Assembly: GCA_031409335.1 (NCBI GenBank)
Contig: JANNWY010000011.1
Coordinates: forward strand, 1 to 26,847
Direction: 5' to 3'
From: Chthoniobacteraceae bacterium
GTDB taxonomy: Bacteria; Verrucomicrobiota; Verrucomicrobiia; Chthoniobacterales; Chthoniobacteraceae
DNA length: 26,847 nt
The notes beneath the pieces were generated by a model. It saw only the letters and a list, made by a program, of their open reading frames with translations, was not told the origin of the DNA and did no database searches. The number at the start of each line of letters is the position of its first letter. The first letter of the stretch is position 1. Positions 1-8,159 of the stretch are shown here, one piece after another. A program made the translations under genes and the position numbers.

Positions 1-78
1 GGGCGTGGCTTCGGGTAACTCTCCTGCAAGCACCCAGAGTTCTTTTTGTTTTTCGCTGTCTTCGCGTCGCTCAAACAT
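1..78 (-). CDS. Transposase N-terminus (IS1182/IS5-like), partial
   Basis: Own translation from ATG at 78: MFERREDSEKQKELWVLAGELPEATP, open to the window edge, with AGAGG 4 nt upstream. The Q-x-E-L-W-V-x3-E-L-P pattern resembles N-termini of DUF772-containing transposases. Not in the ORF track. Confidence 0.65.
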   Translation of the reverse strand, partial: MFERREDSEKQKELWVLAGELPEATP

Positions 79-134
79 ATTGCCTCTATCTATCCTTCTA
101 GCTCTGCCTTGTTGGAAGGTTTTTCAACAGGCTG
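1..134 (-). mobile_element. Left end of an IS1182/IS5-type insertion sequence (runs off the window start)
   Basis: Minus strand reads CAGCCTGTTGAAAAA (134-120), resembling the GGCTGTTGAAAAA-type termini of IS1182/IS5 elements. It is flanked by TTAG (135-138, YTAR-type target) and followed by an RBS and a transposase-like ORF start. Confidence 0.7.
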
Positions 135-142
135 TTAGCGGG

Positions 143-2392
143 ATGGCACTCGCCGCGCCGCCTGCGGGCTACCGCCTTGCATGGCAGGACGAATTCGACG
201 GCACCGTGCTCGACACGGCGAAATGGAATTACCGCACGGACACCAAACTATGGAGCAAACAGCTCCCGGCGAACGTCAGCGTCTCCGGCGGACTCCTGAA
301 CCTTCATTTGAAAAAGGAAACCGTTGATACCGTGTTTTACACCGGGGCCGGCGTGATTAGTAAGAACCTCGTCCGCTACGGTTACTACGAGACGCGGATG
401 AAGACGCCGCCGGGTGCAGGCTGGCACACATCGTTTTGGATGATGAAGCATGACGGCTTGGGCGGAACGGGAACCACCGCGACGGCGGTGGAAATCGATG
501 TCATCGAGAACGATTCGATCACGCCGCTGAAGTATGGCGTGAACTCGCACCGATGGAATCCGGGGCCGCATCAGAGCTTCGGCGCAAAGTCCGTCACCAC
601 ACCTTCGCTGACCGCGGATTTTCATGTCTTCGGCTGCGAATTCACGGCGGCAACGCTGAAGTATTTTTTCGACGGCACACTCGTGCAGACCGTGGATGCG
701 ACACAGTTCCCGCACGACGACGTGAACATCTGGCTCACGTCCATCGCTGCGAATCTGGGTGGCACGACGAGCGTGGATGACACCCAGCTCCCGGCTCTGG
801 CGCAATACGACTACGCCCGCTTTTACGAACCTTTCCCCGCGCCGACCGTCAGCATCGTCAATCCCACTTTCGCCGCCGTCACCCTTTCCGATTCGGCCAC
901 CACACTTCGGTTGGAAGCAAGCGTCAGCGCGTCTTCCGTCGTATGGTCGCTCGTCGATGGCCCCGGCAGCGTGACGTTTTCCGCACCTGCTGCCGCGCAG
1001 ACGAACGCGTCGTTTTCCGCAGCCGGCACCTACACCCTGCAATGCGCCGCCACCAACGCGGGCGGCACCAGCACCGACCGCGTCCATGTCGGCGTCGCCG
1101 CGCCCGTCACCATCCCGCTCCGGCAGGAAATCGGTGGCTACCAATACACCGCTACTATCATCCGCAGCGACCAACCCACTTGGAATGCAGGCTCCCGCAA
1201 CCAACTGCTCGTTGGCCGCACGACCGCGCTTTTCCGCTCGCTCTTTTCCTTCGACCTTTCGCCGCTGGCATCCGGAGCGATCATCAGCTCAGCCGCGCTG
1301 GTTTTGAAAACCGTCAGCGGTGGCGTGGGCACGGTGGGCGCGCTGCAACTCCGCGCTTTATCCGCAACCCCCGTGGAGGGCACGGGCATCTCCGATGGGA
1401 CCGCCGGGGCAAACCTCGGCACCGGCACTGGTGCCACCTGGACCACGCGCACTGGCGGAAGTCAGGCATCAGATCTCTGGTCGAGCGCGGGCGGAGATTT
1501 CGCTGCGGCTATCCTATCCGAAACACCGGGCTTCGACGCCACCGTGCCCGGCCAGACCGTCACGCTCCCCGCGCTCACCACCGCTGCGCAGACTGCCCAT
1601 GCCGCCGCGCAGCCGCTGAATCTCATCCTTTCCGCCGCCAACGAAACGATTGCCGGCACCGCTTACGTCCGCATCGCCAGCGACGATGATTCGCTGGAAA
1701 GCAACCGGCCCGTGCTCCGGCTCAGCTTCACAGGAAACTCCGCGCCGACGGTCAATCCCGGCGCTGCACCAGCCGCATTCATCGGTTCACCCGCCGTGCT
1801 CGGCGGCTCGGTCTCGCTCGCCACTTCCAGCCAGTGGCGTCTGCTCTCCGGCCCCGGCAACGCCTCGTTTTCAAATGCCGCGTCCGCCACAAGCAACGTC
1901 ACCTTCAACCAAGTCGGAGCTTACCTGCTGGAACTCGCCGCTGCCAACTCCTTCGCGGAAACTTCCCGCACACTTGCCATCACCGTGTCCGCTCCCGATC
2001 CCGCAACCATTGCTGGTTGGCAGGCACTAACCTGGCCCGGTAACAGCGACCCGAACATCATCGGCCCAACCATGGACCCCGACTTTGACGGTCTAACTAA
2101 CCTGCTCGAATGGGCGCTCCGCCTCGATCCGGAAATCCCGAACCCCTTCCAGCCCGCTCTAACGAGAAACGCTTCGGAACTCCAATACACCTACACCCGC
2201 CGCAAGACCGCAACCGGCGCGGCTGCATTCCAGATCGAATGGTCGGACACCCTCGGCAACGATTGGAGCAGCGCGGGGGTTACTCAGGACTCTCCCGTTT
2301 CCCTCTCGACTAGCGAGGAATCCGTCACCACGAGAATTCCCGCAGGCTCTACTGGCAGACGTTTTCTTCACCTGAAAGTCAGCATCCCATAA
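143..2392 (+). CDS. GH16 glycoside hydrolase with two PKD-like domains, a DNRLRE (CBM96-like) domain and a C-terminal module; 5' end truncated by IS
   Basis: WQDEFDG start and catalytic EIDVIE motif (491-508), FHVFGCEF and YDYARFY. Two 'GPGSVTFS...GTYTL' PKD-like units. IIRSDQPTWNAG...FRSLFSFDLS is DNRLRE-like. ORF-track residues encoded by 5-134 are IS sequence; SGMALA-APP looks like the remnant signal-peptide end. Confidence 0.85.
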   Translation: MALAAPPAGYRLAWQDEFDGTVLDTAKWNYRTDTKLWSKQLPANVSVSGGLLNLHLKKETVDTVFYTGAGVISKNLVRYGYYETRMKTPPGAGWHTSFWMMKHDGLGGTGTTATAVEIDVIENDSITPLKYGVNSHRWNPGPHQSFGAKSVTTPSLTADFHVFGCEFTAATLKYFFDGTLVQTVDATQFPHDDVNIWLTSIAANLGGTTSVDDTQLPALAQYDYARFYEPFPAPTVSIVNPTFAAVTLSDSATTLRLEASVSASSVVWSLVDGPGSVTFSAPAAAQTNASFSAAGTYTLQCAATNAGGTSTDRVHVGVAAPVTIPLRQEIGGYQYTATIIRSDQPTWNAGSRNQLLVGRTTALFRSLFSFDLSPLASGAIISSAALVLKTVSGGVGTVGALQLRALSATPVEGTGISDGTAGANLGTGTGATWTTRTGGSQASDLWSSAGGDFAAAILSETPGFDATVPGQTVTLPALTTAAQTAHAAAQPLNLILSAANETIAGTAYVRIASDDDSLESNRPVLRLSFTGNSAPTVNPGAAPAAFIGSPAVLGGSVSLATSSQWRLLSGPGNASFSNAASATSNVTFNQVGAYLLELAAANSFAETSRTLAITVSAPDPATIAGWQALTWPGNSDPNIIGPTMDPDFDGLTNLLEWALRLDPEIPNPFQPALTRNASELQYTYTRRKTATGAAAFQIEWSDTLGNDWSSAGVTQDSPVSLSTSEESVTTRIPAGSTGRRFLHLKVSIP
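1991..2392 (+). repeat. Copy 1 of a ~400-bp direct repeat encoding the C-terminal module
   Basis: Aligns with 7682-8082 at offset 5691 (5690 after a 1-bp deletion). Example: the 26-mer ctgctcgaatgggcgctccgcctcga is exact at 2102-2127 and 7793-7818. Both copies end RRFLHLKVSIP*. Confidence 0.95.
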
Positions 2393-2421
2393 AACCAAAC
2401 ACACGCCCCTTCCCCAGCCTG

Positions 2422-4518
2422 ATGCATCAATTATGCATCGTTGGATTCATGTTGCTGTCAGCTTTGCATCACACCGCAGCCTATGCCGACGCTGCTTCGC
2501 TGCTGGCGGCGCTTAACGAGCTGAAAGGCCACATCAATGGCACCATCACGCTGACGGCAGCCGAGGTTGACACGCGGAAGCTGACGATTGATGCAAATGA
2601 TACCAGCTTTGCCTCCAGCAGTGCGATCATTGCGGCCAGCCTCGATCTTGTGCGAGCCTACGACACCGTGCTCGGGCCGTTGTGGGTCGCGCGGACTTTG
2701 CCTGCGCGGGATTCGGTGACGAATGACATTCACTTTACCCTCTACACGGTGATGCAGGACATCATGGATTTGACCTACAAGTCGGCCACTATCGCAAGCT
2801 ATGAGTCGCTGTTGAATGGCTTTAAGTTTGGGAGTTCGTCGAATTTCCCAGGTGCGTGTAGTCCGCCTGCGGACCCGAATGCGGTTCTGACCGCAACGCT
2901 CAGTGCGAGCTATCTGGACACCTTTGGGCACTCGACATTTGGGGATGGGTCGGGGACTTATGCCAGAAAGCCGACCGGTTGTTACCTGGCCCCCGGCTCG
3001 ATTGCGACGGTCACGGTGCCAGCGGCGTTGGTGGGGTCTGGGTTCAGAATCCGGGTCGGTGCCCACTCGTGGGATTTCTCTAATAAGCCTGAGTTCAAGC
3101 GGCTGGACTGGGTTTCGCTTGTCTATAGCATCACTGCCGCCACGACGAAGATTGCGAGCCCCTTGGGCGGTGGTATTTACATCGAGGTGCCCTTTCCCGC
3201 GAATGCCGGAGTGGTGAGCGTCCAGATCAAGAATGCGGTGCGTTCGCCGTATTTTTGGCGAAAAGTTTTCACACCACGACTCCGGCCCAATGGTTGACGG
3301 AACGGGAGAACCCGGGGCCTTGGGCGGATTTCCAGGTGGACAAATTCATGATGCAGGTGCCGACGAGTTGGATCAGCGCGATGCCCGATCCGACCAAAAT
3401 GATGCAGGATTGGGACACTGCCACGGATACGACCAACGACTTGATGGGCTTCCCTTCTCTCCGGGGCAAGGAAACCATGTATCCCCAAGTGGACGTTTTG
3501 ATTCGCGCCAGCGCATACTCGCCGGGTTATCCCTCGGTAAATAACACTTACAATCCTGCTACCAACTACGGCGGCTCCGCGAGTTCGCACCTTGTCAGGG
3601 GGCCGCAAAATGCGCCGTATTGGGAACTCCATGAACAAGGCCATGGATTCCTTTTCCCGAAGTTTCCCGGTGAAGTGGAGTCCACCGTCAACCTGCTCCA
3701 TGTGCCGGTCTTTCATCAGAAATTCGGCAACACGCTGAACCAGGCATTTTACAAATCGAGCGGCGGCTACACGAGCGTCGGCACATTGAATAATACTGCG
3801 GTGGCGTGGATGGCTTGTTTCAACTTCGTCCATGGCGTCGCGATGGAACAGGTGGAAAAGCAGTATCAACTGAAGGGCCACGCGAAGTTTGTCGATACTG
3901 CTCGGCTTTTCGGCTGGGGAAAAGTGAACAAGTATTTCGCCTCGTTCAACGATGACTTTGAAGCCAGCGTCACCATCGGCACGACGGTGGACAGCCTCCT
4001 TCTTCGCCTGGCCAAAAATGTGGGGACAGATATGCGTCCGCTGTTCCATTTCTGGGGCGTCCCTCCCACGAATAACACGACGCTGGGGGCATCCATCGCT
4101 GCGGCGAATCTGCCCGCCTCTGCTGCGATCTACGACACGCTCGTCCAATACGAATCCCTGGTGCCAGCCGATAACGCGGCCTACAAAACATTTATGACGA
4201 GCTGGTGGGCTGGACCGCCGCTCTTGACCGGATTTCAGGAGGAAAAGGAGCACGCCCAGCAGTGGGACACCTATAACGCAGCCTCTGCCACCGCGTTGCA
4301 GGCGAAAGTACGGTCGATCCTCAATCTCTACTTTCCGAGCGGACGTGCCGTGGACGTGATCCCGCCTGCGGTCCTTTCCGTCAGCCCTGCCGTGGGTGCC
4401 TTTGGCTCTTCCCTCACTGGCAACCTCGTCGTGACTTTCACCAAGCCCATCGTGGTCGGCACGGGTAACGTCACCATCAAAAACCTGACTGACGCGACAC
4501 AAACCACCCGTAATCCCT
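2422..4518 (+). pseudogene. 5' part of a secreted M60-like (enhancin/PF13402-type) metallopeptidase; frameshifted and IS-interrupted
   Basis: Signal peptide MHQLC...AAYA. M60 N-domain motifs PTGCYLAPG, IRVGAHSWD, SPLGGGIYI, NAVRSPYF. 1-bp deletion at ~3256 (tat ttt t-g gcg aaa) joins ORFs 2422..3297 and 3255..4520. Gluzincin motif HEQGH (3630-3644) followed by E-S-T-V-N. A SbsA/Big_5 Ig domain begins and is cut by the IS. Confidence 0.85.
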
Positions 4519-4540
4519 AGCCCGACTTGGCGGATTCGCG
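4519..4540. repeat. Left terminal inverted repeat of the IS1634-type element
   Basis: Exact reverse complement of 6544-6565. Confidence 0.95.
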
Positions 4541-4674
4541 GGCAGTTGAAAATATTTTGCGGCGCAAGTCGTTGATTTTCAGCACAGGCATCCTCGGAAA
4601 ACAGCCAAAAGTGGCTGTAGTGCAGACCTACCCTATTCACAGACCGCAAAAAATCGCCATGATCGCGAGCCGTT

Positions 4675-6478
4675 ATGTTTCTGCGCAGCAGCACACGAAA
4701 GAAAAACGGAAAATCACATCGCTATTGGAGCATCGTCGAGAACCGGCGCGTGGCCGGGGGCAGAGTGCTCCAGCGCCATGTGCTTTATTTGGGCGAGATC
4801 GACGGCGGCCAGCAGGAGGCCTGGCAGAAGACGATCGAAATCTTCGAGGATGGGCAGCCTCATCCAAAGACCGTCGCGCTGCTCCCCGAGCAAGAGTTCG
4901 CGGCCACGGGACTCAAAGAAGAGCACCCGCCAAACAACGAACACATAGTCCGCATTCGGCTCTCGGAGATGGAACTGCGCCGCCCCCGGCAATGGGGCGC
5001 GTGCTGGCTGGCCTGCCATCTCTATGAGCAACTCGAACTGAATACTTTCTTTGCCGAGCGCCTGCCACCCAGCCGCAAAGGGACGCGATGGGATCTCATC
5101 TTGCAGACTCTATGCACTTACCGGCGCGATCGATCCGGGCAGTGAGTGGCGGCTGCATCGCCAGTGGTATGAGCGCAGTGCCATGGCCGATTTGCTCGGC
5201 AAGGATTTTGCACTGGTGGAAATCCACAAGCTCTATGAGTGCCATGGGTTGCTGCTGGAGCATAAGGCCGCGCTCTTCACCCACCTGCAAACGCGCTGGA
5301 AGGATCTCTTCAACGCTCGCTTCGAGGTGCTGCTTTACGACCTCACGAGCACTTACTTTGAAAGCGACCCACCCTTCGCGGAAAACGACAAGCGCAAGTT
5401 CGGCTACAGTCGCGACAAACGGCCGGACTGCGTCCAGGTAGTCATCGCGCTGGTCGTCACGCCGGAAGGTTTCCCACTCGCTTATGAAGTCATGCCCGGC
5501 AACACCAGCGATAAGACAACGCTGCGTGAGTTCCTGCGCAAGATCGAGGCACAGTATGGCAAGGCCGAACGCATCTGGGTGATGGATCGCGGCATCCCTA
5601 CTGAGGAAGTGCTGGCCGAGATGCGGGCGAGCGACCCACCCATTCACTACCTTGTGGGCACGCCCAAGGGCCGCTTGAGTAAGCTGGAAGCGGAGCTGGC
5701 TTCGCTTCCGTGGGAGAGGGTGCGTGAAGGCATCGAAGTCAAACTCCTGCCGCAGGAAGGCGAACTCTACGTCTTTGCCCAGAGCCGCGACCGGATCAAT
5801 AAAGAGCGCGCCATGCGCCGCCGCGCGCTGCGCAAGCTACTAACTCGTTTTGGCCAGCTTCGGGCCATGGAACTCAAGCGCGACCAGTTGCTCATGAAAA
5901 TCGGTGAAGCCAAGGCCGCCGCCGGACGCGCCTATCACCTGGTGGACATCCGGCTGCCCGCGGCGCGCGAAGCCGTCAACGCGCAGACCTTCACCTACAA
6001 ACTCAACCGCGCCAAGCTGCGGATCGCGCGCCGCCGCGAAGGCCGTTATCTATTACGCAGCAACCTATGTGATCGGCTGCCGGTGAAACTCTGGGAGTTA
6101 TACATTCAACTTACCCAAGTCGAGGAAGCCTTTAAGAACATCAAGGGTGATCTAGCCATTCGACCCATCTACCATCAGCGCGAAGACCGTATCGAGGCAC
6201 ATATCTTCATCGCCTTCCTGGCCTACTGCCTGCAAGTTACCCTAACCCGGAGATTGCGCGATCTGGCGCCCGGACTCACGGCCCGCTCGGTCCTCGAGAA
6301 GTTCGGTGCCATGCAAATGATCGACGTGCATCTGCCCACCACCGACGGCCGCCAAGTCATCTTCTCGCGTTACACCCAACCCGAAGACGAACTCAAACTC
6401 CTGCTGCGACGGCTCAAACTCGAACTTCCCGAGCAGGCCCCGCCCCGGATCACCGCCGCCGGCCAACTCGACCAATGA
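4675..6478 (+). CDS. IS1634-family DDE transposase, with +1 frameshift at ~5125-5128
   Basis: MFLRSSTRKKNGKSHRYWSIVEN...LYLGEI N-terminus, then LLYDLTSTYFE, FGYSRDKRPD, WVMDRG and QVEEAFKNIKGDLAIRPIYHQ. ORFs 4675..5145 and 5051..6478 join if tac cgg cgcg atc gat ccg loses one base (YRxIDPGSEW). Confidence 0.9.
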
Positions 6479-6543
6479 AAGCCCTGTAGTGCAGACTTTT
6501 CAGACACCTTCCTTGAAAATCAACGACTTACGCCTCAAAGATG

Positions 6544-6565
6544 CGCGAATCCGCCAAGTCGGGCT
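6544..6565. repeat. Right terminal inverted repeat of the IS1634-type element
   Basis: cgcgaatccgccaagtcgggct, exact reverse complement of 4519-4540. Confidence 0.95.
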
Positions 6566-8082
6566 CGCGCGCAGGTAACGGTGGCAGGTGCCGTTCTGAC
6601 GGTCAATCCGACGGCAGATCGGGTATCCGGGAAGACCTATGCCATTCGCATCGACCCGACCGCCATTGATGACACGGCGGGGAATAGCTTTGCCGGAATC
6701 GCCGATGATACAACGTGGACATTGACCACTTCGCCCCCCGACACCACCGCACCCATCATCACCAACCTCAGCCCTTCCGATGGCGTTACAAACGCACCAA
6801 AGAATGGCAGCCTCGTCGTCACCTTCAGCGAGCCTATTGGCGTCGGCACTGGTAACATCACGATGGAAAACCTGACGGATGCGACTCAGTTCACCATCGC
6901 GATCACCGATGCCCAAGTGACCGTGTTGGGTTCCATTCTGACGATCAACCCGACTGCGGACCTTACTGCGGGGAAGGCTTATGCCATCCAGATCGCGGCG
7001 ACTGCAATCGACGATCTGGCAGGCAACAGATTCGCCGGGATCGCCAACGACACGACTTGGAACTTTACCGCCGTTACTCCCGACACGACCGCGCCCTCGA
7101 CCACTTCCCGCAGTCCTGCTGACGGTGCCACGGGCGTGGCGAACGGTGCCAATCTCGTGCTCACTTTGAACGAGGCCATCAAGGCTGGCCCCGGCTACAT
7201 CACGCTCAAAAATCTGACTGACACGACGCAATCCATCATCCCAGCCACCGACACCACGCAAGTCACCGCCGCTGGCCCGGTCCTGACGATTAACCCCATC
7301 GCGAATCTCGCACTGGGTAAGAACTACGCCATCCGCATCGACGCGACCGCCATTGACGATGTGGCCGGCAACGGCTTTGCCGGAATCACCAATGACACGA
7401 CGTGGTACTTCACCACCAACTTCGCGCCGGTAGCTACCGCCCAAAGTGTGAGCACCGCAGAAGACACCGCCAAAGCCATCACCCTGACCGGCACCGATGT
7501 GGAAGGCAGTGCTCTCACCTATACCATCGTCACCCCACCCGCGAGCGGCACGCTGAGCGGCGCCGCACCGAATTTGATCTACACGCCTGCGGCAGATTAC
7601 AGCGGACCTGCGAGTTTCACCTTTCGGGTGAACGACGGCACCGCCAACTCGGCAATTGCCACAGTCTCGATCACCGTGATTGCTCCCGATCCCGCCACCT
7701 TCGCCGGTTGGCAAACGCAGACCTGGCCCGGCATCAACGACGCTGCCATCATCGGCCCCGCCGCGGACCCCGACCGCGACGGCCTGAGCAATCTGCTCGA
7801 ATGGGCGCTCCGCCTCGACGCCAAAATCCCGACTCCCTTCCAGCCCGCACTTACAAGAAACGCATCGGAGATCCAATACACCTACACCGGCCGCAAGACC
7901 GCACCCGGCGCGGCCGCATTCCAGCTCGAATGGTCGGACACCCTCGCCAACGATTGGAGCAGCGTGGGCGCTATCCAGGAAACTCCCGTCTCCCTTCCAC
8001 CAGCGAAGAATCCGTCACCGTGAGACTTCCCGCAGGCTCCGCAGCCAGACGTTTCCTCCACCTGAAAGTCAGCATTCCATGA
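6566..8082 (+). pseudogene. 3' part of the interrupted M60-like peptidase gene: SbsA/Big_5 Ig repeats, cadherin-like (Big_9) domain, C-terminal module
   Basis: Completes the Ig domain cut at ~4510. Two more DTTAP...NLTD..Q...LTINP...Y.I.I...AIDD.AGN.FAGI repeats follow, then an APVATAQSVSTAEDT...FTFRVNDG cadherin-like unit. A 1-bp deletion at ~7995 relative to the paralogous copy (2300-2310) moves the end into the frame terminating RRFLHLKVSIP* at 8082. Confidence 0.88.
7682..8082 (+). repeat. Copy 2 of the ~400-bp direct repeat encoding the C-terminal module
   Basis: Colinear with 1991-2392. Confidence 0.95.
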
Positions 8083-8159
8083 CCCAATGCGGGTCGCTGA
8101 AACCATTCAGCTCAAATTGTTAGGTGCATTCTCGAAAAACCGGGCAACGTTGCGGGCTT

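Larger units (their letters stand above)
4519..6565 (+). mobile_element. IS1634-family insertion sequence (~2.05 kb)
   Basis: Perfect 22-bp terminal inverted repeats agcccgacttggcggattcgcg (4519-4540 / 6544-6565) enclose a DDE transposase. It interrupts an Ig-like domain that resumes at ~6569 (AQVTVAGAVLTVNP). Confidence 0.93.

Noticed and set aside
5..142. N-terminal extension of the 795-aa ORF as a real signal peptide
   Set aside because: It overlaps an IS terminus and an antisense transposase start; the open frame is probably fortuitous.
5100..5145. Programmed ribosomal frameshift in the transposase
   Set aside because: There is no slippery heptamer or A-run at the junction, and IS1634 transposases are normally single ORFs.
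3177..7876. Long minus-strand ORFs 3177..4694 and 6500..7876
   Set aside because: They are antisense shadows of the peptidase gene that run across IS ends and have no independent motifs.
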